Assembly: GCA_016184315.1 (NCBI GenBank)
Contig: JACPCU010000009.1
Location: forward strand, 13,330-77,329
DNA length: 64,000 nucleotides
Reading direction: 5' to 3'
DNA from: Nitrososphaerota archaeon
GTDB lineage: Archaea > Thermoproteota > Nitrososphaeria > Nitrososphaerales > JACQRY01
The notes under the pieces are model-generated. The model was not told the DNA's origin and searched no databases. It worked only from the letters and a program-made list of their open reading frames with translations. Numbering within the stretch: the first letter of the stretch is position 1; every line of letters begins with the position of its first letter. Of this stretch, positions 52,199 to 62,670 are shown one piece after another. Both the position numbers and the translations under genes were made by a program.

Positions 52199-53899
52199 CT
52201 AGCTTGGCAGACGGGTTCCTACGCCGGCCTCCTTCGCGTCAATAGCTACATCCAGCAAATAAGGTTCCCCTGAAGCGAACGCTTCCTTCAACCGCGGCGC
52301 CAAGTCGCCAGGCTTTTCCACTTTCACTCCTTTGACTCCTAGTCCTGAAGCCAGTCGCACAAAATCAATCTCCGGATCCACTATGTCACCGCCAACGTAT
52401 CTCCCTGTCTTAGCAGCGTGGCCACCCAGCTGGAAGAGGAATGACTTCTGTGATACATAGGCCTTATTGTTGCACACAACGGTGACCACGGGCACCTTAT
52501 AGTGAGCCATAGTCCATAAAGTCTGAGGGGCATACATGAAGCTGCCATCACCCACATAGGCAGCTACCTGTCGGTCGGGCATACCAAGGCTGACACCGAC
52601 AGAAGCAGGGAGTCCCCATCCCAGTCCTCCGGGGGAGCGAAAGAAAGTCCCTGATTCATAAATGTCGAAGTGTCTCTCCAAGAAACGGGTGCTTCTGACC
52701 GCTTCCTCGACGACTACGCCTTGACGATTCATCGCCCTTCTCAGCTCTTTTACGAGTCGCCACGGCTTGATGGGCACATTGTCCCAGTCTTTAGCTGCCT
52801 CATTTCCCAAAGTCTCATTAAGCAGCTCCTTCATCTTTGATACCTCTGCTTCACGCTGCTTTACCCTGTTCTTGATCACATCGGTGAGCAGGCTCTTCAC
52901 CGTGTCAATCAAATCGCGTAAACCAGCTTTAGGATGAGCAATGATGCCTGCATCAACAGGGAAATTCTTCGCAATCTCATACGGATTAAGATCCATATGT
53001 ATTACACGTACGTTAGGAGCGAGGAAGGGTCTAGGCACGTAATCATGCTCTCTGAACATCTTCAAGCCTACGCCAAACACAAGGTCAATGCTCTCCGCCG
53101 CTGCTCGGTCGAAGATACCCAAGTAGAGAGGATGATCCGTAGGAAAAGCTAGGTGTGGGAACCGGGGTGCAGCGAAGACTCTCATAGACAGGAGTTCAGC
53201 AAGCTCAACTAACTCAGGCACAGCTCCTCCTCGAACGGCTGACGCGCCATAGACGAGGGCGGGGCGATCTGCAGCGACAAGGAGTTCAACAGCCTTCATG
53301 ATAGATTGAGGATCTCCTCTCACCTTGGGGCTGGTGTGATACTTTTCAGGGGGATGCTGTTCTCCGACGTCGATTTCTTGACGTCCTACATTACTGGGCA
53401 AGATTAGGAAGGTAGGGCCTGCAGGAAGCTCACGCGCTACTTTGACAGCTCTCCTCAGGGCTTGGGGCACCTCCTCTACATCCCTGATCTCCCACATCCA
53501 TTTGCTGAATTCTCTGACAGGTCCGTGGAGGTCGAAGGTGAGGGAAGGCTCCGTTAGAAGCATCTTTGTATGCTGCTGTCCAGCTATGACCACGAGGGGT
53601 AACCCCTCGTTATAGGCGCTTACGATACCTAGGAACCCTGATGCGGTTCCAAGAGACGTGTGCAGTGAAACTACGCCGGGCTTGCCAGTGGCAGCTGCAA
53701 ACCCTCCAGCCATGGCTACAGCAATATTGTCGTGGAGCCCCATGACGTATTGGACTCTTGGGTTTCCAACCAGCGCATCTAGCATAGGTCCTTCAGTCGT
53801 CCCAGGGTTACCGAACAAGTAGGAAAGTCCTTCTGACTCTAGAACGCTTACTATCGCCTCAGCACCTGTTACTCGAGTCATCTTGTCTTGACTTGTCAC
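52199..53899 (-). CDS. thiamine-diphosphate-dependent enzyme (acetolactate-synthase-large-subunit-like)
   Basis: 566 aa. The N-terminal PYR domain has GAEAIVSVLESEGLSYLFGNPG. The TPP-binding motif is GDGSFMYAPQTLWT...NN. Confidence 0.8.
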   Translation of the reverse strand: MTSQDKMTRVTGAEAIVSVLESEGLSYLFGNPGTTEGPMLDALVGNPRVQYVMGLHDNIAVAMAGGFAAATGKPGVVSLHTSLGTASGFLGIVSAYNEGLPLVVIAGQQHTKMLLTEPSLTFDLHGPVREFSKWMWEIRDVEEVPQALRRAVKVARELPAGPTFLILPSNVGRQEIDVGEQHPPEKYHTSPKVRGDPQSIMKAVELLVAADRPALVYGASAVRGGAVPELVELAELLSMRVFAAPRFPHLAFPTDHPLYLGIFDRAAAESIDLVFGVGLKMFREHDYVPRPFLAPNVRVIHMDLNPYEIAKNFPVDAGIIAHPKAGLRDLIDTVKSLLTDVIKNRVKQREAEVSKMKELLNETLGNEAAKDWDNVPIKPWRLVKELRRAMNRQGVVVEEAVRSTRFLERHFDIYESGTFFRSPGGLGWGLPASVGVSLGMPDRQVAAYVGDGSFMYAPQTLWTMAHYKVPVVTVVCNNKAYVSQKSFLFQLGGHAAKTGRYVGGDIVDPEIDFVRLASGLGVKGVKVEKPGDLAPRLKEAFASGEPYLLDVAIDAKEAGVGTRLPS

Positions 53900-54028
53900 C
53901 TAGGCTATAATAATGTAATTACGTCAACACTGATCACTACCTGTCTAATATTGACTATGACCGTTCAAGAGTATGCCTGCTTCAAGAGGCAATGAAAATA
54001 AGAGCAGGTTGATCTGGCTCGGAGGCAG

Positions 54029-54451
54029 ATGTCATCAACGGCACAGTCAAGGTCAGCAAAGATTACTGGCGCATTGAACGATGCAATTAGAGGCGCCAGT
54101 GAAGCTGCGACGCTTTTGTCAGCTGGAAAGAGTCTGCTTGACGCTGAAAGAGTGATCTGGGATGCGTACAGTCAGGCTGAACATGCAATCTTCGCACTGA
54201 AACTAGAATGCGGTGAATCTGCGGTTCCCACAGTTAGGAAAATCAAATCAGACTCAGAGGGTTTCGGTGAATCAGTTCGACGGGCAGCGGAAGAGCTACA
54301 GGCTGGGTTAGATGCTTACGGAGCAAGTAAGTTTTCTGAAGCGTTGACTCTCGCTAGAACCGGAAGAAATCGTCTAAGAAAAATTCTAGTTGAAGCAAGG
54401 AAGATTAGGAAGAAGCCGCTCCTCGGCCCTACTCCTCTGCCTGCTCAGTGA
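54029..54451 (+). CDS. hypothetical helical protein (140 aa)
   Basis: ORF only. Confidence 0.35.
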   Translation: MSSTAQSRSAKITGALNDAIRGASEAATLLSAGKSLLDAERVIWDAYSQAEHAIFALKLECGESAVPTVRKIKSDSEGFGESVRRAAEELQAGLDAYGASKFSEALTLARTGRNRLRKILVEARKIRKKPLLGPTPLPAQ

Positions 54452-54692
54452 TCTCCACGAGCTCCAACGTGTCCTTTGTTACCTTCACGCGGAATCTGTC
54501 TCGCATCTTTTGGTTGTGGAGGAACCGTTTCAAATAGGTCTTCAAGTCTCTGGTCTTGACCCATTCGTCATTCTCGAAGACAATCTCTGCTCCAGACACA
54601 GTCGGCTTGGCTGAGTCAGGAAATCGTTTACCTACGAACTCTGCCAACTCCTGCGCCTTGTCTTTTAGCTTCCCAATAACAATCTTTACCAT
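54429..54692 (-). CDS. eL22-like small protein (ribosomal protein L22e-like fold)
   Basis: 87 aa. TRDLKTYLKRFLHNQKMRDRFRVKVTKDTLELVEI parallels the eukaryotic eL22 C-terminal block [26 protein letters not shown]...YEL. This is recalled from memory. Confidence 0.5.
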   Translation of the reverse strand: MVKIVIGKLKDKAQELAEFVGKRFPDSAKPTVSGAEIVFENDEWVKTRDLKTYLKRFLHNQKMRDRFRVKVTKDTLELVEITEQAEE

Positions 54693-54752
54693 TTTCGAGC
54701 CATCCTTCGCTGAAACAGCAATGGTATAACCATTATGCCGCGTATGCTAGAT

Positions 54753-55946
54753 TCAGAGTATGGTTAGATGCTTGCCAATCTTTTCGAAAGTGTTTATTGC
54801 AAAATCAAGATCCTCTCTTGTGATAGCGGCGTTCATAATGGTTCGTATGCGCGCCTTGTCCTTAGCCACCATCGGATATACAATAGGCAATGCGAAGATT
54901 CCGTCATCAAATAGCCTTCCACTAAACTCCTTTGCTTTGCTGCTTTCACCAGTAATGATCGGGATTATCGGAGTCTCACTCCTACCTATGTCGAATCCCA
55001 CGTCTATCACTGCCTTCTTGAAGTAACGCGTGTTGTCCCATAGCTTTTGAACTAGCTGAGGTTCGTTCTCCAACACGTCGATAGCAGCTATGCATGCGCC
55101 TGCCACTGAGGGTGGATGGGACCCGCTGAGAAGCCAAGTTCGTGACTTGTTATATGCAAAGTTGATCAATTCCTGTGAGCCTGAAATGTGTCCGCCTACC
55201 ACTCCGAAAGCCTTTGAAAAGGTGCCCATCTCCACGTGGACTTGGTCTCGACTGAGCCTGAAGTGGGAAACGATTCCTCTCCCTCCCTCGCCTAGTACTC
55301 CTTCGCCATGAGCATCGTCAACATACACCATGGCACCATGTTCTTCTCCAAGCTTAGCTACTTCGTCAAGTGGCGTTATGTCACCGTCCATGGAGAAAAC
55401 TCCGTCAGTGATTATCAAGATGCGTCTATGGTGAGGGTTGTGTTCCTCTGCCTCGTCAAGAACCCGCGTCAAATCCTGCATATCCACATGCTTGTAGATT
55501 GCTTTATCCGCACGGGATAGTCTTACGCCATCAATTATGCTGCCATGGTTGAATTCGTCGCTAACGATTAGATCGCCTTGGCCAACTAGCTGAGGAATCA
55601 AACCCGTGTTAGTGGCGAAACCTGACTGGTAAACAAGAGACGCCTCCGCGCGCTTGAACTTTGCGAGCCGCCTCTCCAGCTCGATGTGCAGATCCATGTT
55701 CCCGGCAATGGGGCGAACAGATCCGGAGCCAGCGCCATGACTCTGAACAGCTCGGATCGCAGCCTCCTTCAATTTTGGGTGAGTGCTTAAACCGAGATAA
55801 TTGTTGGAGCATAACATCAGAACCTTCTTTCCGTCAACTACACACCATGGCGTGCTTGGCCCCTGCAATAACCTAAGCTTCCAATTGAGCTCGTTCCTAG
55901 CTAACTCGTCATATTCTTCTTTTAGGAAAGAGATGGGGTTCCGCAA
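54753..55946 (-). CDS. kbl: 2-amino-3-ketobutyrate CoA ligase (glycine C-acetyltransferase; AONS family)
   Basis: 397 aa. It is a PLP fold-type I enzyme with YVDDAHG and the Lys motif GTFSKAFG. It is adjacent to a threonine dehydrogenase. Confidence 0.75.
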   Translation of the reverse strand: MRNPISFLKEEYDELARNELNWKLRLLQGPSTPWCVVDGKKVLMLCSNNYLGLSTHPKLKEAAIRAVQSHGAGSGSVRPIAGNMDLHIELERRLAKFKRAEASLVYQSGFATNTGLIPQLVGQGDLIVSDEFNHGSIIDGVRLSRADKAIYKHVDMQDLTRVLDEAEEHNPHHRRILIITDGVFSMDGDITPLDEVAKLGEEHGAMVYVDDAHGEGVLGEGGRGIVSHFRLSRDQVHVEMGTFSKAFGVVGGHISGSQELINFAYNKSRTWLLSGSHPPSVAGACIAAIDVLENEPQLVQKLWDNTRYFKKAVIDVGFDIGRSETPIIPIITGESSKAKEFSGRLFDDGIFALPIVYPMVAKDKARIRTIMNAAITREDLDFAINTFEKIGKHLTIL

Positions 55947-56054
55947 TTCAATCCTACCCTACTGTTCTCTCACTGCCATCCAAATTGATAACCCTTTAGA
56001 ATCTGGCTGCTAACTGCAACACAAGAACTTGAATTAGAAAACAGCTGATTAGAC

Positions 56055-57017
56055 CTATGCTCGTAGTTTCCGTTTCAGTTTAGCTATCATGTCGACTACG
56101 ATCGTCGTCAAGTTAAAATCAGGTTTCCAGCCCCAATGTTCCCGAGCTAGATCATCGTCCAAAGACATGGGCCAAGAATCAGCGATCATCTGTCGGAAAT
56201 CGGGCTCATAATCGACTTCAAATCCTTTGATATGCTTCTTGATCTCAGCGGCTAACTCTTCTGCAGAGAAACTCATTGCGGTAACGTTGTATGCCATGCG
56301 ACAGTGGATATCTGATGGATCTGCTTCCATAATTTGTACTGCTGCCTTGGTGCAGTCAGGCATATACATCATCGGCAGCACCGTGTCTTTTCTCACGAAA
56401 CATGAGTAGCGCTTATTCTTGATTGCCTCATAGAAGATCTCAACAGCGTAATCAGTAGTCCCCCCTCCCGGCATAGTCTCACTACTTATGATACCTGGAT
56501 ATCTCACGCTGCGTACATCTAAGTTAAATCGAGTGGCATAATAGTTGCACAGCAATTCCCCGGACGCCTTTGTCACCCCATAAATGGTGCTTGGAATCAA
56601 GACTGCGTCTTGGGGAGTGTTAAACCTTGGCGCTCCACGCCCAAATACCGCAATAGAACTAGGCCAGAAGACTTTCATGCCCCCCTTCTCCCTTGAAGCT
56701 TCAAGAACATTGTAGAGGCTGCTCATGTTCACGTTCCAAGCAAGCTGAGGATTCTTCTCGCCTACTGCAGAAAGAATAGCTGCTAAATGATAAACCGTGT
56801 CAATGCTGTATTCTGAAAGAATTTTCTTAATGCTCTGACAATCTGTTGCATCAAGATGCTCAACGGGTCCTGACTCTAATTGCTCACTAAGACCTTTCTT
56901 GTGCCAAGACGCTACAACGTTATCTTTACCGTAACGCCTTCGGAGCTCTAACGTAATTTCTGAGCCTATTTGACCAGTAGCCCCGATCACCAGAATTCGC
57001 TTTCCGCTTTCAGACAA
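56055..57017 (-). CDS. tdh: L-threonine 3-dehydrogenase (extended SDR/epimerase type)
   Basis: 320 aa. It has ILVIGATGQIGSE and the YGVTK catalytic motif. It is paired with kbl. Confidence 0.7.
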   Translation of the reverse strand: MSESGKRILVIGATGQIGSEITLELRRRYGKDNVVASWHKKGLSEQLESGPVEHLDATDCQSIKKILSEYSIDTVYHLAAILSAVGEKNPQLAWNVNMSSLYNVLEASREKGGMKVFWPSSIAVFGRGAPRFNTPQDAVLIPSTIYGVTKASGELLCNYYATRFNLDVRSVRYPGIISSETMPGGGTTDYAVEIFYEAIKNKRYSCFVRKDTVLPMMYMPDCTKAAVQIMEADPSDIHCRMAYNVTAMSFSAEELAAEIKKHIKGFEVDYEPDFRQMIADSWPMSLDDDLAREHWGWKPDFNLTTIVVDMIAKLKRKLRA

Positions 57018-57021
57018 CCGC

Positions 57022-58050
57022 CTAAATGGCGCCCCGCCTATCTATGATTTCCTCTGCTGAAGGCCCTGTGCCAATTAGGGTCACAGGGACACCTACTCCC
57101 TCCTCAACGGATTCAACGAATCTCTTAGCTTCACCGTCGAGATTCTCGAACCTTCTCCTTCCTTTCGACTTAGGGTAGAGTACATCTAGCTTGGTCAAAG
57201 CAACCTGAGTTGCAGAGTTCAACATTACTGCCCGCTTTGCTAAACTCATGTCGAAGGGAGCAGCCCTTCTAGGCCTCCCTGTGACCGCCCCATACTCCAT
57301 CCATCCTCTTCTCTGAGTCTCCTCCATGGTTAACTGACCAGTCATAGGTCCCTCGCCTACCCTTGTCACATAAGACTTGAAGACCACTACCACCTCATCA
57401 ATACGCTTGGGCCCGATGCCAACATCAGAGCATATGCCCGAAGCAGTCACATCCTTCGAAGTAACATACGGGTAGGTGCCATGGTAAAGCGACAAGAAGG
57501 TTCCCTGAGTGCCCTCGACTAACACTCCCAATCCTTGATCAATAGTCCTATTAACTTCATCAGCGACATCGCCAACCATATCTGATAACCTAGGAACATC
57601 TTGAGCCATCTTAGCGGTTCTCAACACCCTGTCCGAGTTAGCCGGCCCCGTCCCTGTGCCTGTAGTGCCTATCACCTGCCTTAAATGACCTCCTCGATCC
57701 CTCTGCCTATGAATCTCTTCAATGATTGCACATTGGTTATCTACACGAACTCGCCCCGCAACACTCAACACTTCAATCTCTTTGAGGAGAACATCAGGAT
57801 CCACAAGAACCCCTGCGCCCAACATCAGACGGATCCGAGCGTTCACCACGGCGCTGGGCAACATCCTAAGCCGGATTTCACGACCTTCATGTACCACTGT
57901 GTGACCCGCATTGGGGCCCACCCCTCCCCTAACAGCTATGGCGGGCTCCTCTTTCAAAGCCAGGTGCGAAATTATCTTGCCTTTGCCTTCATCGCCGAAA
58001 AATCCTCCAACTATAACGGTCACCGGCATATCTTTTGCCCTCCTATCCAC
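57022..58050 (-). CDS. purA: adenylosuccinate synthetase (short archaeal form)
   Basis: 342 aa. The P-loop is GGFFGDEGKGKI, and GTTGTGTGP and KSYVTRVGEGP are present. Confidence 0.85.
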   Translation of the reverse strand: MDRRAKDMPVTVIVGGFFGDEGKGKIISHLALKEEPAIAVRGGVGPNAGHTVVHEGREIRLRMLPSAVVNARIRLMLGAGVLVDPDVLLKEIEVLSVAGRVRVDNQCAIIEEIHRQRDRGGHLRQVIGTTGTGTGPANSDRVLRTAKMAQDVPRLSDMVGDVADEVNRTIDQGLGVLVEGTQGTFLSLYHGTYPYVTSKDVTASGICSDVGIGPKRIDEVVVVFKSYVTRVGEGPMTGQLTMEETQRRGWMEYGAVTGRPRRAAPFDMSLAKRAVMLNSATQVALTKLDVLYPKSKGRRRFENLDGEAKRFVESVEEGVGVPVTLIGTGPSAEEIIDRRGAI

Positions 58051-58099
58051 TACTAGTGGTTACTCATATAATCAATGATCTGGCTTCGTCTCAATCAGC

Positions 58100-58882
58100 T
58101 TAGCGACCATATCTCCTAGACCGCTTCTGAAATGTTCGAATAGCTCTCATCAAATCGATCTTCCTAAAATCGGGCCAATCAACATCGAGAAACACGAGCT
58201 CGCTGTACGCGCTCTGCCACGTTAGGAAGCCGCTCATCCGCTCCTCACCTGATGTGCGAATGATCAAATCAGGCTCAGGATTAGGCAGATGCGAGGTGTA
58301 TAGGTGTTGCTCAATGGTCTTCTGGTTAACATCGTCAACATTTAACTCTCCTTTCCTCACGCTCTCCGCTATGATCTTAATTGCGTCTATGATTTCTGCT
58401 CGCCCACCATAAGCTATGGCAATGTTCAAGAAATGCCGATCATAGTTCTTAGTGATTTCTTCAATATGTGTCAAGAGTTGTCTGGTGCTACCAGGGAGAA
58501 GTTCAAGATTTCCAAGGGCCTTAACGCGGACCTTATGCTTCCATAGTCGTTCGTCTTTTGAGAGGCGCGTAAGGCGCTCTTCGATGAGTCTGATGATTTC
58601 TTGCAGCTCGCCGTTGGGCCTCTGAAGATTCTCTGTAGATAGCACATACAATGTCAGGATCTTTATCCCCAGACTCAGACACCAGTCTAGGACTGCTTCC
58701 GCCGTGTCAGCACCAGCCTTATGACCTTCACTTGGGCTGAAAAGTCTTGAGTACGCCCATCGTCTGTTGCCATCTAGAACGATGCCAACGTGCTGTGGTA
58801 GGTGGCCGTTGTTGATTTGATTGCGCAGGAACCTGCTGTATATCTTGTATGCTCCTATCCAGCGGAGAAGTGTTGGCAGCAA
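58100..58882 (-). CDS. uppS: cis-prenyltransferase (tritrans,polycis-undecaprenyl-diphosphate synthase)
   Basis: 260 aa. HVGIVLDGNRRWA, TLYVLSTENLQRP and IRTSGEERMSGFLTWQSAYSE are family motifs. Confidence 0.85.
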   Translation of the reverse strand: MLPTLLRWIGAYKIYSRFLRNQINNGHLPQHVGIVLDGNRRWAYSRLFSPSEGHKAGADTAEAVLDWCLSLGIKILTLYVLSTENLQRPNGELQEIIRLIEERLTRLSKDERLWKHKVRVKALGNLELLPGSTRQLLTHIEEITKNYDRHFLNIAIAYGGRAEIIDAIKIIAESVRKGELNVDDVNQKTIEQHLYTSHLPNPEPDLIIRTSGEERMSGFLTWQSAYSELVFLDVDWPDFRKIDLMRAIRTFQKRSRRYGR

Positions 58883-58890
58883 AAAGAAGA

Positions 58891-60012
58891 TTACCCCTTT
58901 GCTCTGCGCCTAGTGCGTAGATACTGGTAGATCAAGCCGATGATTAAGAAGACAATTGAGAGCCCGAAGAGGACGAATGAGACTAAGAGCTGAGTACTGC
59001 CTCGGCCCTGCAATATAAGCGAAAACTGTTGGAAGGGGAAGTAGAGCAGACCAAGTATCGCGAGGCCTGTAAGGTCTCTGAGCACCCTTGTGCTACCGCG
59101 TAGGAAATTGTATAACACAGTTCCACCAAAGTATACTCCGAGTCCCACCCATAGGAAGTTGATAGACTCGCCTAGAAACACTCCCAGTATCTTCGGCCCT
59201 GATTGAAAGATAGACTGAGGTTCAACCAATAATCTCTGAAATTCTGGTAACCTAGCTAAAGCTGCGTATGCCTGCACTAATGATGCTTGGACGATCAATA
59301 GACTTGCTAGGACCGAGAAAAGCCGGATGTATCCTGAAGGCCTCATACCCCTAACCGATGAAACCATTTTGTCGACATCAAAGGCCCTTATCAGCAACGC
59401 TATCCCCAGGATTCCCGCAAAGATGGCTGATGCTTCCCTAAGCAAGTTAAGCAAGAGAAAGGGGACCGATGTTACTAGAAGGATCCCTGGGACACCAAGG
59501 GCCCATTTTGAATATCGAGGATCAAAGACTAACATCTTTAGGTATCTTCCTAAGACTGCGTAGGACTCCTCTACGCTGGTGCTGTGCTTTATGACGACTC
59601 GGTGCACAGAGACCACTGGCATAATCCCCTGAAGGATAGGAAGGACTTTCTCATCCTCTGCGCCATCGCTTACCAGAACCGCGCCTGACGCGGTGAATGA
59701 CTTGGTCACTTGCTCCATTTCTCTCCGCATCTTCTTATCCGCTTCGAAGCCACCTGCAGGTGAACCAGCTATTACGGACACTTCGCATTTGTAGCCTTTC
59801 GCGGAGAGTTCGTCGAACACCTTGACTGCCGCAAAGATAGCGTTAGCATCTGCCTCTTCAGGGTCGGCTATGGCTAGTTTTGAAGCTGCGTTAAGGCAGG
59901 TCTCTCTGCCTATTATTGGTGTGACCGTTCCAGTCTTCTTTCCAATATCATCGTCTCTGTCCACACACATTACTAGGAGACTGGATGGGTCGCTGCCCGT
60001 GGTTGAACTCAT
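58891..60012 (-). CDS. DUF373-type archaeal integral membrane protein
   Basis: 373 aa. The soluble N-domain has VMCVDRDDDIGKKTG...IADPEEADANAIF, and it is followed by multiple TM helices. Confidence 0.5.
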   Translation of the reverse strand: MSSTTGSDPSSLLVMCVDRDDDIGKKTGTVTPIIGRETCLNAASKLAIADPEEADANAIFAAVKVFDELSAKGYKCEVSVIAGSPAGGFEADKKMRREMEQVTKSFTASGAVLVSDGAEDEKVLPILQGIMPVVSVHRVVIKHSTSVEESYAVLGRYLKMLVFDPRYSKWALGVPGILLVTSVPFLLLNLLREASAIFAGILGIALLIRAFDVDKMVSSVRGMRPSGYIRLFSVLASLLIVQASLVQAYAALARLPEFQRLLVEPQSIFQSGPKILGVFLGESINFLWVGLGVYFGGTVLYNFLRGSTRVLRDLTGLAILGLLYFPFQQFSLILQGRGSTQLLVSFVLFGLSIVFLIIGLIYQYLRTRRRAKG

Positions 60013-60042
60013 TGATCCAGCCAGATCAGTAATGCTGCTCTT

Positions 60043-60915
60043 TTACTTAAGGGATTCACTATGTTCGTCTGAGAAGACGAGTTTAAGCTGGTCGAAGGTT
60101 ACTTTTTCGCCTCGCGCAAGTTTCTCCTGCACTTGGCTCTTCATCTGCTGGATTGCTTGGGTCTGCCGCTCCCTGTCCATCCGTCTTGAAAACTCGCGGG
60201 TATCCTTAAGCATCTGGCTCCTCTTCTCTTCGAGACTGCTCAGCTCTGCGTCAAGACGGTGAAGATTCTCCTCCAGCTCCTTGATGTCAGTTAAGGTTCC
60301 GTTCATCTCTTCCCTGAGCTGCTCACGGGTTTTCATCAATAGGTCAAGGTTATTCTTCTTCTGTTCGACTTCTGGGCGCATGTTTTGACGCAGCGCGGTC
60401 AGCTCATCGAGGTTAGCCTTCAACTCATTAGCCTCTGAAAGCAGTTTTGACATTTCAGTCCTAGCCGAATAGGCCTGTTTCCAAAGCTTGAGTTTTATTT
60501 CCAGTTCTTTTATGTGCTGCACTAACTGCTTCTCTTCTTCTCTCGTCAGCCGTTCTACTTGGAGCTTCCATTCGAATTCCTTCAGTTTTTTCTGTAGAAT
60601 GTCGCCTGAAAGTTTTGGAGCCGCCTTCTCGAACTTTGACAGCATCTGCCCAGTGGAGTCGACCTTAGTCCTTACTTCACGGATTTTTGCTAGAATATCT
60701 TTTCTAAGCTTCTTAGATGCTTCGCTTTGATCAAAGTATTTGTCAAGAGCATATCTCTCGCTTTTGATTGTGTCGGAGACGCGTTTCAGCTCAGCCCTAA
60801 GTTCACGCCGCTTCTGGTTGCATCGTTTAAGCTCGTTGATGACTCCTGCTCTCTGGCCAAGAAGAGACTTCATCGAGTCGTACAATGCTTCCAGATTTTG
60901 GCTGCCAGAACCCAA
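60043..60915 (-). CDS. archaeal coiled-coil protein (COG1340-like)
   Basis: 290 aa. It is almost entirely heptad-rich, charged helix. Confidence 0.5.
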   Translation of the reverse strand: MGSGSQNLEALYDSMKSLLGQRAGVINELKRCNQKRRELRAELKRVSDTIKSERYALDKYFDQSEASKKLRKDILAKIREVRTKVDSTGQMLSKFEKAAPKLSGDILQKKLKEFEWKLQVERLTREEEKQLVQHIKELEIKLKLWKQAYSARTEMSKLLSEANELKANLDELTALRQNMRPEVEQKKNNLDLLMKTREQLREEMNGTLTDIKELEENLHRLDAELSSLEEKRSQMLKDTREFSRRMDRERQTQAIQQMKSQVQEKLARGEKVTFDQLKLVFSDEHSESLK

Positions 60916-61096
60916 ACTGGGAGACTGCCTCTGAATTGGTGTATAAAACCCTTCTCCTTGGCTAGTTATGGTGTCTCTTGGAGACTTGAGTTGGGCTCTT
61001 CTGTTTGCAGCTCTTGGAGAGAGGGGGGAGGCAGACAGAGAGAGACCTACCTTGCTTGGTATTTTGACTTCATGCCTAAGATGCGCCGGAATATCC

Positions 61097-61882
61097 TTAT
61101 TTTCCTGTGAACTGTGGGGCTCTCTTGGTGAGAAAGGCCTCGATCCCTTCCTTCAGGTCTGAGGTGGATGCCACTTTCATAACGCCTTCAACTTCGGCTT
61201 TTAGTCCGTCTGAGAGGGAGGGTGCATCGAAGCTGTGTCTGACGGCTGATTTCGCTTCTGCAACAGCTACGGGGGCTAGTCGCGCTATGTGTCTTACAAA
61301 GCTTGTCGCGATCTCTACTACTTGGCTGGCTGAGGCTACTCTGTTGATCAACCCTATTCTTAGCGCTTCAGATGAGTCCATGGCCTGCCCTGTGAGGATC
61401 ATTTCCAGTGCTCGTGCTTTTCCTATGAGCCGTGGGAGACGTTGGGTGCCGCCCCATCCGGGGATCATGCCTATGTTCACCTCTGGTTGACCGAAGCGGG
61501 AGTCGTAGGATGCTGCGCGGTAGTCGCATGATATGGCTAGTTCGTTTCCTCCTCCGAGGGCTACTCCTTTGACCGCGGCTGCTACGGGTTTCTTCATCTC
61601 TTCGATCAGCGTGAAGGTTTCTTGGCCTAACTTCACGTAATCAAGGAGTTCTTCCTGTGACATTCGTTGGAAGCCTCTGATGTCGGCGCCTGCGGAGAAT
61701 GCTTTTTCTCCTGCGCCAGTTATCACTACGCCTTTGACTGCAGTAGTGTTCTGAGCTTCTAGTGTTGCTGTCTTGAGCTGGGTGAGGACAAGAGGAGAAA
61801 GTATGTTCAATGGCGGATTATTGACTGTCAGGATGACTATTCCGTCTTGGAACTGTGTTTCAACCAGTTTAGGTTGACTCAC
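61097..61882 (-). CDS. enoyl-CoA hydratase/isomerase (crotonase fold)
   Basis: 261 aa. FSAGADI, the oxyanion-hole GGGNELAISCD and PEVNIGMIPGWGGTQRL are present. Confidence 0.8.
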   Translation of the reverse strand: MSQPKLVETQFQDGIVILTVNNPPLNILSPLVLTQLKTATLEAQNTTAVKGVVITGAGEKAFSAGADIRGFQRMSQEELLDYVKLGQETFTLIEEMKKPVAAAVKGVALGGGNELAISCDYRAASYDSRFGQPEVNIGMIPGWGGTQRLPRLIGKARALEMILTGQAMDSSEALRIGLINRVASASQVVEIATSFVRHIARLAPVAVAEAKSAVRHSFDAPSLSDGLKAEVEGVMKVASTSDLKEGIEAFLTKRAPQFTGK

Positions 61883-61923
61883 TTTGAATTCGTTTCTCCT
61901 GGGGTCATGTGGCGGTATTTATG

Positions 61924-62586
61924 TTAGAGATCGCGTCTACTCGGACACAGTTCTTTTACCGGACATTGATGGCATTTGGGAGACTTCGCAGTGCAAATTG
62001 TCCTTCCGAACCTGAGGAGAGCAAGGTGGGCGTCTCGCCTCATACTTGTAGGTGTGGCTTCTTCGAGGCTTTTTCTTATCTCACGGTATTCCGCGTTCCT
62101 AGGTGCGAATCCGAGTCTGGTGGCAATTCTTCTAACATGGGTATCCACAGGTAGAATGTCTCTGCCGCCTGCGAAGGCGAGGAAGACATCAATGGTTTTG
62201 TCCCCTATGCCTTGGAATCTCTTCAGATTGTCTCTAACCTCGTCATCAGACTGAATGAGTAAGGTCTCTAAGCCGTCAGGGTACGTGTTTCTGACATGTT
62301 CTGCGATGGTCTTTATGCGGGGTGCCTTGATGTTGTATAGGCCGGCTGACCTTATACTGTCTTTGATCGACTTGACTGATGCTTCTGCAAGGGAAGACGG
62401 GTCTACTCTGATATTCTTTTTGAGGGTTTGAAAGGCTCGTCGGCTGTTGTGGTCATTCGTGTTTTGAGATAGGATTGTTCCTATGAGATTCTCGAACGCA
62501 GAGCTCCATTTGAAAAGTATCTTTACTTTGCCAACGTGCTGCACGATCTGTTGTAAGGCGCGGCTTCGCCTCTCTTTCTCATCCAT
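61924..62586 (-). CDS. nth: endonuclease III (HhH-GPD glycosylase with 4Fe-4S cluster)
   Basis: 220 aa. The HhH motif is LKRFQGIGDKT, VDTHVRR is present, and the cluster is C-x6-C-x2-C-x5-C (CTAKSPKCHQCPVKELC). Confidence 0.85.
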   Translation of the reverse strand: MDEKERRSRALQQIVQHVGKVKILFKWSSAFENLIGTILSQNTNDHNSRRAFQTLKKNIRVDPSSLAEASVKSIKDSIRSAGLYNIKAPRIKTIAEHVRNTYPDGLETLLIQSDDEVRDNLKRFQGIGDKTIDVFLAFAGGRDILPVDTHVRRIATRLGFAPRNAEYREIRKSLEEATPTSMRRDAHLALLRFGRTICTAKSPKCHQCPVKELCPSRRDL

Positions 62587-62670
62587 CTCCCGTCCACCCT
62601 TGAAGTACTTGGCTCCTCATAATGACTGTACCTCTCCGATTTATACATCAATACTCTACCAAGGGGAGCG

